From Veleropilina oligotropha (taxonomy: Eukaryota): 64,000 bases of DNA. The DNA lies in the NCBI GenBank assembly GCA_048128005.1, contig JBEUKZ010000130.1, forward strand, positions 1-64,000. Direction: 5' to 3'. This document shows, piece after piece, positions 1 to 12,443 of this stretch (its first letter is position 1; each line of letters starts with the position of its first letter). Position numbers and translations under genes: made by a program. Below the pieces are notes generated by a model that did no database searches, was not told the origin of the DNA, and was given only the letters and a program-made list of their open reading frames with translations.

Positions 1-1785
1 CCGAATTAAAGAACTCGTAGCCACGATCAGCACGTACACGCACCATTCATACGTTGTTCTTGTTTACATAGTATAGTACTGTTAAACATTATGTTTATGT
101 TAGAACATAGCTGCATTATATATAGTATTTGTTTTCGGGTTGTCGTCTGGGACTAAATTATTGCTAAGCGCACATATCAACACTGATTGCATCCGCGTGG
201 GCGTAATTGTTGATTTGGGCGTGGGCGATTTTCGCGGATCATTTAATTTATGCTCATTAGAGAAAATACATATGCCTTATCAATTAATCCAAATAGACCT
301 AGCATTTAAATATGTTTCCGTTGCCTAATGGGAGCGATTACGTGATTGCTGTATTGACCATGCTCACTGAGTCCCGAGTGTATTAGCAGATTACGACCGG
401 ACAGATGACGAGATTACCGCGGCCGCGTAGCGACAAATATCTCATTTACTTTTTATAATGCATGGGATATTAAATGCTAATACACTGAAGATTATCTCTG
501 ATTTCGAACACATTACATATAAACGATGAATCTTCAAATATTTGCATAATATAAATCATGTGACCGTGTAATGAAACAGATTTAAAGATGCTTGCTTCTA
601 TAAAATATGTAAATTGATATTCATGTGACAGTGTTTGTTGTTATAGTGAAACATGGTTTCAGATCAGTAACATATCTCCGTCACTAAAAATGTGACCCTT
701 GTATTATATGTCACGGATTTTATGTGTTTGTCATGTCCTTCCTGGTTCGTTGGATGTAGCGAAATATATAACAACAACATGGCCGATTTCATTTTCTTGT
801 GCAGACAATTGACTTCGCTAAACACAGCATATACAGCTCTACATATTTTGGTGTCACTACTTTCATTCCAGTGTGATAACATTATCATCCTGTCATATAC
901 AGGTTAATTGTATTGTGGTAAATAAGAGCAATATTGGCGAAACAATTGAGCGTCACGCTATTTTTAATACGTGAATAGTTCTGCATGTTAGAATAGATAG
1001 ATATTGGATTCGCATATTTACTTGTATTAACATAGTCACTGTTTGTAAATATACTTTAGATTCTCACATTTCCTGGTCGTCTATAGTCTTTAGCGTATAA
1101 TGCCGATGCCTAGCTATAGCTTTGATATCCTGCCGTTCTGCATTAACCATATACAACAGCTTGGGTGGTTTCTGTTACCAGAACCATCATGCGGACGCAT
1201 CTACGGGGCGGGATGAACATTTGTTCTGCGAGTGCCGCGTGCCAAGATATATATTTGAACATAACACTCTTTGACTCATCTACCGACGTCAGTGTTTCTT
1301 TAACGGATGCATGCACAAAATAAATCACACTGCGAAGATATTGGTCATTTCCTCTCTGCTGCGTTATTGAGGTGGCCAGACACAATTTACCTATCGATCA
1401 ATACTCGTATTGGCCGAACAGAATTGTCTACGAGCAGTGCGGAAGGGAAAATTACGGCCAATCAGGGTTTGTTTTCGCCAATTACCAGACCAAGTAATCT
1501 TTATCGTCTGTGTCTGCTGACCCAGTGACATATTAGAATATCCCTCTCGTCAGACTGCAGCGCATGCGCACTAACTGGCGAGACTTCTCCTCGTCGGGCC
1601 ATAATTGGTACTGCCTGACTGTTGTATATGTATTGCCAGACTTGGTGCGGAGATTGACAGCCGAGAGAGTTCTTATTTTAGACACCGTTCTACTAAGTTC
1701 ACTACTGATAGTTGAATGAGCACGCTCTCACGATTAGACATATACGCCGTGCGTTACACTAGGTTATGTCACAACACATGTGTTA

Positions 1786-2160
1786 TTTCCCAAAACATCA
1801 GATTCCCGCGCAAAGTTCTTGGGGTTCATATTCGGCGCGCGCATATTTATGACTTTGGACACTAACTACGCAATAAATGTAAAATATTAGAAGTCGTTTC
1901 AACTTCATATTATGTATTCGTTTCCAAAACATCAGATTCCCGTGAAAAGTTCTTAGGGTTCATATTCGGCGCGCCCATATTTCTTACTTTGGACACTAAC
2001 TACGCAATAAATGTAAAATATGTATTCGTTCCCAAAACATCAGATTCCCGTGCAAAGTTCTTGGGGTTCATAGGCCTATTCGATGTGCGCATATTTCTGA
2101 CTTCGGACAATAACTGCGCAATGAATGTAAAATAAAAGAGGTCTTTTCAACTTCGTATTA
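1786..2160. repeat. Three diverged tandem copies of a ~110-135 bp unit
   Basis: CCAAAACATCAGATTCCCG...AAAGTTCTT.GGGTTCATA recurs at ~1789, ~1924 and ~2032. Confidence 0.8.
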
Positions 2161-2944
2161 TATTATATATATGGTAACTGTATCAGTGCGTGCTCTGTGT
2201 TGAAATTGAATCATTAGAAACAGAGACTGTTTTATATGAAAACAAAGTTACATGCAAGTCATTGGCGAAGAAATACCAAATGTACTGATATATCACTATT
2301 ATCCTAATATATCAACAACATTTGAGACATTTAGCATGAGTTTGTATTATACAGTATCATAAATATTTATAGAAAGGCTTTTATCGTGCAATCCGGGTTA
2401 ATTGCTTAACGCGAACCAGGAAGAACAGTTTATATGTCTGGTGCTTGAGCGTTCGGACCGAATCAAAACGGGAATAGTATAATTATTGTGCTCGAACTTG
2501 CTGTCGAATGTAGTTTCACTTCAATCTTAATCAAAAGGAAATATATAGTCAGCCCGAAGTGTCCAAATCACCATAATAAATTATTTTTAACAATGTGATA
2601 TATATGCAGCTTACATATAGGCATCTACTAAGTAATATTTTATAGAATACATAAATATTGCATTCATACCCTATACAAATAAACTTCTGTGATACCAGTT
2701 TGTTGCCTTAGACTACTTCCATCTTATTTTGAAATGAGAATGTATAATATATATGTTTAATGTATAGGAGAGGATGCTTTTAGGTTGCTACAACTTTACA
2801 ACTTTAATCCGATCCCTTGGCAAATTATATTCAATAAAATATGTTTAAACTAGCCTATCTATTCATACCTTTTTGTAATCTGGTAATGGCTGTGAATACA
2901 AAATATGTGAAAATGCAGAATGAAATGAATGTAACTGATACCAG

Positions 2945-4746
2945 GGTGCTCTTTCGGTACTTCCCCCACAGCTCCGGCTTTTATACATATTTAAGGAGCT
3001 CCGGCTTGTATTCGTCTTAAATTTTCACACTCCGCGTATTACGAGTATCTGCTACTAAAGGCAAATGCAGCTTGCGATAAGATACACGCGATGGGTACGT
3101 ATAGTTGTATTGGCTTTACAAACCAGGGGCGGATTCAAGGGGGGGGGGGGGGGCGACCCGGCTCCGCCCCCCCCCCTTTTGTCAGCGAAATCGAATCTGT
3201 TGAGTGTGAAATTCTGTATTTAAATGATGCATTAATTTATGATACGTTTTCAAAACTAACACCTACAAAGCAAACAAACTTGATATATTATATTAACATG
3301 TAAATTGTTATCTACATCGATATTTTAACAAGTTCGTCAGTCTTGCACATAGTTGAAGATTTTGGTCTGTTATTGTTAAAAACATTGAGCCGAATTGAAA
3401 GCGGAAAAACAGTTTAATGCCATGTATTTTACTAGCCACACATTTTGAAACATTAATTAATTAAGATGAACGGCATAGCTATTAGCATGAACGTCATTCA
3501 CGTTGATGACCTTTATAAATATGCTTGTTTTAAAGAAAACGCAGGAGGTTCGATGGACCCAAACTGCCCCGATGGTCATGTGGTCTCGATTGCAGATACT
3601 GAAATCACTGGCTCGATCGCGAACTAACATGAGTGGGCACTCTCCAGGCAAAGAGAATACGAAACGACGACCCCAGTCTTATATCTCTGCTCTCGCTGAT
3701 CGCTATGTGGCGGATCGCCACATAGTTAATATACATATTATTTCGCTTCAGTTTGTAATTTAATGAAGTGCAAATGACATGGTTAAGTGTTTTCAAGAAA
3801 AGGGTAGGCTAATAACAACGTTTTAAATATGAAATACAGTGATGTTAAACAGCAAATAGTTCCGCGTAGCCATATTCAGCCAATTTATGCCAATTTATTC
3901 ACCGCGTAGCTAATTTATTAACTGCACAAACGCTTCTAAAAGTTTATTTTAATTAACTTTTAACTAAATTTGATATATTAAATACATATTAATGTTTGGA
4001 AAATTTCAAAGAGACGATATTCCAGTCGGGAAAGAAGTAGGCGGACCAGCGAGAGCATAGTCAATAGACTGTGACTAGACTATGACTATGCGAGCAGAGT
4101 GATGAGTGGGTTCCGATCTCAGTTGGGACATGACATTCTTTGTTCAATTATCAATCGCGGTTGTCCGTAACTGGCCAAAGTTCCTTCTGCGATAATATAT
4201 ACATGTCATACCCTGAACCGAAAGGTTGTAAATATATACAGGACATCAAGTATCGATTAAACAAAATTCAATCTCGATCCGTAATAGGTTATGGGTAATC
4301 AAGACTACATGCATGGTAATTGACTGAATGATGGCGGGGCTGATATTACTTTATTATACATCATAATAATTTACAGCCTATATATCTATTTTACTTCATA
4401 TTTTCGGCACAATAAACTCTAATTTTAATACAATAAAATTTGTCTTATAGAAATGCCAGAGTACAGGAGAGCGCATCTAAGACCGTCTATGGTAAAAAAA
4501 ATCTCGGGGGTGCATGCCCCCGAACCCCCCTACCAGGCTAAGGCCCCCCCTTTTCAGAAATCCTGGATCCGCCCCTGCAGACGTATATACACCGGACCGC
4601 CCCGTGAGCCTGGACTGACCGAGGTTCACCTGTTGCTAGTCCCCATGGATTTAACATTATCGACGCGTCCAAAGTCGGAGATGAAAAACCGGATTTCCAA
4701 AGTTGAGTAAAATCCGGAGCTGTGGGGGAAGTACCGAAAGAGCGCC
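2945..4746. mobile_element. Non-autonomous DNA transposon with ~33-bp TIRs (GG...CC ends) and 8-bp TSD
   Basis: GGTGCTCTTTCGGTACTTCCCCCACAGCTCCGG at 2945 and its reverse complement ending at 4746; GATACCAG directly repeated at 2937-2944 and 4747-4754. Confidence 0.85.
3124..4577. mobile_element. Nested non-autonomous DNA element with CAGGGGCGGAT.CA-type TIRs
   Basis: CAGGGGCGGATTCAAG at 3124 and CCTGGATCCGCCCCTG ending at 4577; flanks CAAAC/CAGAC fit a degenerate 5-bp TSD. Confidence 0.7.
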
Positions 4747-5520
4747 GATACCAGTTCATCAGCAGACCTAAATAACTACCAATACACAATGTATCATCCG
4801 GATTCAAGTTAGATCATCCGGATTAGGACGACGGTCGGCCGAATCTCACGGAGTCATCACCCATTGGGTATATCACTGCTTTCACTTGAAAAAAGATGTG
4901 CACAGGGACGGAAAAAGTCAACAGTACTTTAGAATGATTACTTTCAAATTTGTTTATTTGTGCAACATAGACAACGAGGTTGGAAAGGTTGCCATTGCTC
5001 TTCCCTCGCCGCGAACTGCCTTTCATATACTATATCATCTCCGCGGTCAGCATGTTATTTCTCATTTGGGCTTGCTAATGCACTCTGAAAGACGTACTTT
5101 TGTTGTATAACGTAATAATGATATCATGCACTGATGAGAAACCAAGCTATTTGGGAAGACCACAGTGCGTGTCTATTCGGGCTACAATCTCATCTTGTCA
5201 GGATGATGAACGACAGACCAGACGGGAAGGTGAAAATCAAATTACCCACTCAGAGCAAGTGGTCTTATGTCATCGTAAAATTGCTCTGGGTGATTGAGTG
5301 GCCCGTGTTGCACTGAAGAATGCACAATCTATTTTCGTGCTGGATTATGCAATCGGTAAAAAAAGATGTCTGCATTCCGAGAGGCGTTCGTGGTTGAATA
5401 AGATCCTAATTTAACACCCTTCAAGGTCATACCAGGACGCGTCTATATTATCGCGTAAGGAAAACCTGGTCGCCGTGAAAAGCAAACCTGCAACGGACAG
5501 TTAATTATAGACACCTGTGC

Positions 5521-6159
5521 ATGACTATTAATACAAGTAGAAAATTGATTTCAAAAATCAGAAGTGGGACACTTAAAATAGCAGTGGAAGAGGGTAGATT
5601 TCATGGAATTGAAAGACAAAATAGGTTGTGCCAGCATTGTACATTACGTGACGTCGAAGACGAATATCATCTCGTTCTCGCTTGCCCCAAGTATAGAGAC
5701 ATACGCATTAAATATCTCCCTAAATACTACACAAGATGGCCAAATCAGCAAAAATTCACGAACTTAATGAAATCCAATCTAAAAACACTGTCATATCTCG
5801 GGATTTACCCTAAACATGCTTTACTGCTACGAAACAAACCTATAGAATTATAAATACATTGATTGCATCTCACAACAACAATTGTAGCTCGTGTCCGCCA
5901 TCATCTATTATTTGCTCGTATTATTGATTATTAGGAATTTGTAAAAGTATTTACCATGGAACTGATCTATTTTACATCATATGATTCATTTAATATACCT
6001 TTATAGTTGTATCTATGTTTGCATAATGTACATGTCTGTACATTACATTACGCGATGTTTTGTATATTTAATTTGTCATTTGTATGTCTGTAAATAATAT
6101 ACATGGCTAAAAACGTTTTAAATGTTTACAGCTGAATAAAAATTATTATTATTATTAAT
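5521..6159 (+). pseudogene. 5'-truncated non-LTR retrotransposon (LINE) 3' end: C-terminal zinc-binding region of ORF2 plus 3' UTR and tail
   Basis: ORF 5521-5853 has the typical LINE ORF2 C-terminal pattern GR...RLCxxC...EDEYHLVLxCPxY; AATAAA followed by an (ATT)n tail at ~6136-6159. Confidence 0.8.
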
Positions 6160-6696
6160 AAGGTCACAATCGAGGGTTCGAACCCACTCCTGTTACCAGT
6201 GCAGTGAAGTGAGCGAATTATGAACCACGGCGTACGTGGTAAATAATATTTATACACGTGTGCATATGCAACCTCCATGGCATAAAGTTTTTCTTCTACA
6301 TTTTGTTGATGTGAGTCATCGATTGTAATATATTGATATAATATGCAAATTATTTTTCAACGTCTGCTTTTTACCAAATAGAAAACGTGAATGTAACCAT
6401 TTTTGCCTTTGTTAATACTATTTTTTACATATATAAATATGAAATAATATATACCGGTATATTAAATGTAAAATTTTGCTTAATTAGTTTTGAAATATAT
6501 ATCCACAGCAAATATCTATCGATTATAATTATGTAGGTCCATAATGTTACTCGTCATCCTGTCGTGATAACATTAACTATTTGTTCGTGGTAACAATAAC
6601 AATATTATGTACATAAAATGCACTGCATCTTGAGTCATATGTAAGTATTAATATTGCTACCAGCTGGTATTTCGAAGTCAATTTTCAAATGGCTAC

Positions 6697-7270
6697 ATGA
6701 GCTTTCACACCAGATGCGAATATCGTAACGGCTACCACTACCATTCATGATACACGTTTGATTTTATATGGTTATCATTTTGTTTCATAAGTATTTTTAT
6801 TATATCAGTGTTTCAGTGATTGTATAGACTATACATGCATCTCAAATTCCGTATTTTATTCGGATTGCATATCTTCTAAGCATAATAATATTTCAATATC
6901 TTTAAATCCTGGAATGGATTTATTAGAGGATATCATGCCGCTGTACCTGTACGATGATATCATCTTTGGTGGTCTTCTGCATGATGCCATTTTGTCAATC
7001 CCATGTATGGATAAGTTGGGAATTACTGGTCATGTGACAAGGAATACCCTGTTTTTACTATATTTAACATGCGAAATCGCAACGAAAATCGTTGAGATAG
7101 GATCAGATCCTATCTCGACGATTTTCGTTGCGATTTTGTAAATATCGTTGCGACAATCGGAGCGTGTCTGAAAGGCTCCGTTGTAATGTGTTGTTTCTAT
7201 CATAACGAAAATCGTAACGATAATCGTTGAGATTTTCGTTGCGAAAATCGCATCTGGTGTGAAAAGGCCT
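6697..7270. mobile_element. Truncated inverted copy of the adjacent MITE
   Basis: Reverse complement of 7274-7845 (ORFs 6914+ and 7597- are near-identical); its TIR ends ...GTGAAAAGGCCT at 7270. Confidence 0.75.
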
Positions 7271-7273
7271 TAA

Positions 7274-7886
7274 AGGCCTTTTCACACCAGATGCGATTTT
7301 CGCAACGAAAATCGTTGCGATTGTCGTAACGATATTCGTTATGTTAGAAACAACGCATTGCCACGGAGCCTTTCAGACATGATCAGATTGTCGCACCGAT
7401 TTTTACAAAATCGCAACGAACATCGTCGAGATAGGATCTGATCCTATTTCAGCGATTTCGCAGGCTAAATAAAGAAATAACAGGGTATTCCTTGTCACAT
7501 GACCAGCAATTTCCATCATATCAACAGGTGGGATTGACAAAATGGCATAATGCAGAAGACCACCAAAGAGGATATCTTCATACAAGTATAACTGCATGAT
7601 ATCCTCTAATAAATCTATTCCAGGATATAAAGATACTGAAATATCTTATGCTTAGAAGGTATGAAATCTGTATAAAATACGGAATTTAGAATGCATGTAC
7701 AGTCTATACAGCCACTGAAATTTGACAATGACACAATAAAAATAAAGATGAAATTAAATTATAACCATATACTAGTAAAATCAAACGTGTATAATGAATA
7801 GTAGTGATAGTCGTAACGAAATTCGCATCTGATGTGAAAGCTCATATCGTTGCGAAAAATCGGACGCGTCTGGTGTGAAACGACCT
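7274..7886. mobile_element. PIF/Harbinger-like MITE with TAA target duplication
   Basis: TAA|AGGCCTTTTCACACCAGATGCG ... CGCGTCTGGTGTGAAACGACCT|TAA. Confidence 0.75.
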
Positions 7887-9622
7887 TAAGTACCATATTG
7901 TATCGAAACTAAACAAGACACGTCGTCGTCTTTTGACCAAAATGCACCTAAATGTTTGTCTGGGGGTCTTATAATTATATATTTACTTTTTAAAATATTT
8001 ATAATCATTTGCTCAGCAAATGGACATAATCACAGTACAAAATGGTTTGCGAGAAATACGTCTGTTAACGAGTTTTTAAGTCATTCATTTTATTAGTTTT
8101 AAGCGTTTTTTGGTGCTGGAGTCGAACTCGTACCGTTCCAATTTTTTCCGACTCTATATACTTTATAACCGGATTGTTAGGTAAGTGGATAAGAGCGCGC
8201 ACTTCCAATTCACTCGCTTGACTGTTCTGTATAACAAGCGAGGGCTTGAATTATGCATGCGTCCTCTGTTCAGTTAACAGTCACGTTTTGTTGTGTACTT
8301 ACTACGGCAATCATAGGGCCTATATTGGAATTACCGCAACGTGAAGGTAACACTGATTGGACGTAACGTAAAATGATTTTTTGTTAAATGAGCTCTCTTC
8401 TTTGATCACAGTGACACTGAAGCTCTAAAGGAGCCACAAGTCACCCTTATCGGGTTAACCCATCCACTGAAAGAGAATTGTTCGGATATGACCATGATGT
8501 TTTGTTGTCGTCTGCTTTAAGTTACAGGTGGATATCAGATGGCGACCAAAGGAACTGGTTTGACTAAATCAGCATTGATTTTGCTTTCACTCGATCCTCT
8601 TCCCCAAAGGAACATAATTATTATATAGGGCTTTTATTCAAGAAAGTCCAAACTTTGGGCCCAAAGAAAAAAGTTAAAATATTCGTGATATCTACGCACG
8701 TTATTAAATTAGACTTATAAGCTAAAATTAATTCAAAACTTACTTGCGAATCTGCGTTAGCTAGCAATATATAATGAATTCTGACGTTTTGCATTATGTA
8801 TGAAAAATCTTGGAAATTTATCTTGGGGAAAGTAATAAGCATCGAAAAAAATGAATTTTCTGCAGAATGGAATGCTCTCTTATAGAGAGTTGAGAAGATT
8901 TATCCATGTAATGGCATGACGCAGAGGGATAGTTGAGCGAGCATATGATAATAGCACATGGAGCCAGACAGCATGTCTTCACCATTATTTTTCTAATTGG
9001 TAGTAGTCTCTACGTTGTTTTAAATTTAAAACATAAGGAGATAGTGCATTTCACCCCAAATGCATCGCATGACTGATGACGCTGTACATATACTGTGACA
9101 TCAGTGATCGTATGTTATAATAAGTATGTAAAAGAGTTGCGGAGTCACCACTTGATATAAGTATTCATTATTGTATTGCCTGTTTCCGTTTCCGTGCTGC
9201 GATAGTTTCTGGACAAGCTTCATCTTTAACCGCAGCATAAAAGCCTCCGATTGGTCACGACGAACAGGACATGAAGCACAGTTCTAAGAATCGGTAGGCC
9301 TACCACGTGCTCCACTTCACGTGGAATTCCGTGAAAATTAGAAAGTATCATGCCCTTGAAACCTGGATCTTGGATATTAATCCCTTTCCTTTAATTATAA
9401 AGGCAAAGCTTAAATCAATCAAAGCATAGACGAATAAGTAATCTTATGTGCACACGTGCCACAATGCATCGTTGATCATGTGGTTTCAGGCCATTGGTTC
9501 ACTGAAGAATGGGTTGCTCTCTGATCGCATATCTCCATGTTACGTAAACAAAAAGTCCTTGCATTTATTAAAATGGTTTTGCCTTGGGTGTGTGTACATG
9601 TAATTTTAATTTCGGTATATAT

Positions 9623-10390
9623 AACTAGAACGTTCAGTCACGAGTGACCGCATATGTATCCCCCGATAATCCGGGATGGAATGCACATACCAAATTTGAA
9701 AGCATACCGTTAAGAAATGACCTGTCTAGGGCGATCACAAGGAATTGTGCTTTAAAATCCAAGATGGAGGCCACAACGACCATCTTGGAGGTCAGACCAC
9801 ACCCAAAATCTCTAGGTGTCGTGTCCTGACCCAAACCAATGCACATACCAAATTTGAATACATTCCGTCAGGAAATGGTCTGTTTAGAGCGATCACGAGG
9901 AATCTCTCGGCGGCGGCCATCTTGGAGGTCAGACCACACCTAAAATATATAGGTGTCGTGTCCTCTCCCCAACCAATGGACATACCAAATGTTAAAACAT
10001 TCCGTTAAGAAATGGTCTGTCTAGAGCAATCATGATGGCCGTGGCGGCCATCTTGGAGGTCGGACCACAGCAAAAAGATATAGGTGTCGTGTCCTCGCCC
10101 CTACCAATGCACATATCCAATTTGAAAACATTCCGTTAAGAAATGGCCTGTTTAGAGCGATCGCAAGGAATGATGCTTTAAAATCCAAGATGGAGGCCAC
10201 AGCGACCATCTTGGGGGTCGGACCGCACCCATATTTTTTAAGTGTCGTGTCCTCGCCCCAACCAATGCACATACCAAATATGAAAACATTCCGTTATGAA
10301 ATGGCCAGTCTAGAGCGATCTCTCGGCGGACGCGGCGTAACGGACGCTAAACCCTAGTATCCCCCGACACTTTCGTTTCGGGGGATACAA
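9623..10390. mobile_element. Helentron-associated (HINE/DINE-like) non-autonomous element with internal tandem array
   Basis: Starts AACTAG; GTATCCCCC near both ends; five ~130-160 bp tandem units (AATGCACATACCAAATTTGAA); terminal stem-loop GTATCCCCCGA...TCGGGGGATAC. Confidence 0.7.
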
Positions 10391-10438
10391 TTAATCGCGA
10401 CCTGTGGGTGTCTCATAATTCGGATAACTCATATTTGG

Positions 10439-10575
10439 CACGGGCCTTTGTCGCATGCCAGAAAATCGTTCGATCAATGATGCTCCCGATCGCCTGGTAT
10501 CCTTATATAATGGATACCAGGCGGTCGGGAGCATCATTGATCGAACGATTTTCTGGCATGCGACAAAGGCCCGTG
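10439..10575. repeat. Near-perfect inverted repeat (~64-bp arms, 9-nt AT loop)
   Basis: CACGGGCCTTTGTCGCATGCCAG...GGTATCC-TTATATAAT-GGATACC...CTGGCATGCGACAAAGGCCCGTG with one mismatch. Confidence 0.9.
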
Positions 10576-10833
10576 ATATTTGGTCAACATCCTTGTCATC
10601 TTTCCAGGTAGTCTCAGCCGTCATCGAACTCTAACCCAAGATCACCAGGACAAAAACTGTTCGAGCGTTGTTTCAGTCGCAAGATGGTGTACTCCAGTGG
10701 TTGTCTCATAAATTGGTGAATTTGATATTTTATGGTAATGAATACGTTGTTCGTCGCTCATAATCCACTCGCATGATCGGGAGAGCGAGGGCACTACTTC
10801 TGTACAAGGTCACGACCTTCAGTGACCGGTATT

Positions 10834-11259
10834 CAGGCGCGGATCCAGGAATTTCACTTAGGGGGGCGCTGAATTTACTATCAACTGTTCGCGTGGGGGC
10901 GGGGCCCCACGCGAAAGAAAATTTTGAGAATCAACAGCCTGAAACCCCCTCTCCTGCACTCTGACAGTGCAAAAGCGATATTTCATTCTAACTTTTTATG
11001 AACCTCCGTCACTCAAATAGCACGAGTCAAATTTGTATTTAATTTTGTCATAATCGAATTGTCCGCGTGTGGTCGGCGCCCCACGCGCAAGAAAATTTTG
11101 ACAATTAACGATGTGAAATCCCCCCTCCTGCATTATTACATTGCAACAGCCTATTTATAATGTTCTGAAAGTCATTTGTATCAGATTATATATATTATTT
11201 TAGTATGCTTGGCCAACTTTAGGGGGGGCGCCCCCCCCCCCCCCCTGGATCCGCGCCTG
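10834..11259. mobile_element. MITE with CAGGCGCGGATCCAGG TIRs and 5-bp TSD
   Basis: Perfect 16-bp TIRs; GTATT at 10829-10833 and 11260-11264. Confidence 0.85.
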
Positions 11260-11650
11260 GTATTGTTCTTGGTAAATACATAACCAGATATTCCTCCTAC
11301 ATAATATGTACATGTCCCAGTCAATCGCCAGTAAAAACGCGATAATACGGAAATGAAAACAGTCTTCGCTCATCTACATCGTCATGCAGTCGCAACATTG
11401 GACTTTCGTGACATCACACAATCATTCGTTTGCATTTTATGGCCACTTCTCAGTATCACCTGGGACTACTATACTAGAGGGACTGGCAACTTTAAAGATC
11501 GCGCGGAAATCACATACTCGGCGTTAAAAGGCGAGAGTTCGCCTGCAATCTAATAAGCACAGCAACAACCTGCTAATTGAATCCCGTATAAAATATTCGC
11601 TACTATATGTCAGACATCTTTATGCACATAAATAGATAGTATATGTATTG

Positions 11651-11840
11651 TGTATGTGCTTATAGCGTTAAAATTATGTCAAGTGCTATGATATTGTATG
11701 TTATGGGTTATTTACGAAAATCCAAAATGGCGTCGATGAGAAAGCTGTATGTGCTTATAGCGTTAAAATTATGTCAAGTGCTATGATATTGTATGTTATG
11801 GGTTATTTACGAAAATCCAAAATGGCGTCGATGAGAAAGC
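11651..11840. repeat. Exact ~95-bp tandem duplication
   Basis: TGTATGTGCTTATAGCG...GATGAGAAAGC twice in tandem. Confidence 0.9.
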
Positions 11841-11969
11841 TTTCGAATCGAAAAATAGTACATTTTGCAACTTCTTCTCCTCGTCAGCTGATACATTTTG
11901 CTTTTGAATATCTTGCCCATCATTTTATTTATATCCTATATTAGTCCCAGGTATCACCGGAGGCTGCTT

Positions 11970-12115
11970 CCAGTCGTGTGGTTTGTTGTGGACTCCGAAA
12001 AATCACTGGCTTTATTCCGCTGACGCGAACAGTAGTTCTCGCAATAATATGGACATGTCCTGCTTTGAACCAAATGATGGTTGGAAATATACATGACATG
12101 AAAGCATCCATCCTT
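11970..12115 (+). mobile_element. Degenerate SINE copy (same family as 40680-40935)
   Basis: Shares AGTCGTGTGGT, AAATCACTGG and ATAATATGGACATG...GATGGTTG.AAATAT with the other copies. Confidence 0.6.
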
Positions 12116-12443
12116 TGCGTTCAGTCTTACCGCAGTCAGGACACCTAGTTTAAATCCAACATTACCTATTATTTTAATCGGTAAAATGAGCCCCCGGCTG
12201 GGCTCTAACTACCTAACAGCGTTTGTTCGAGTCTGACGTGCTATCCACTAACACACAATTAAATGGTGCAAAGGACATTATATGTTCAGCTAGTGAAGTT
12301 TTGCAATGTGAAGCAATGGACACACCAGTAGCCGAGTGGATAAGAGTGTGGATCACAACACTTGCTCTGTCTAACAAGAGTGGGTTTGATTTTTGGGGGG
12401 GCATTCTTTGGTCAGTTAAGTTGCAGTTGTCCATAACTTGCAG

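Noticed and set aside
140..1528. Short ORFs at the window start
   Set aside because: No homology signal or splice-consistent structure; expected by chance
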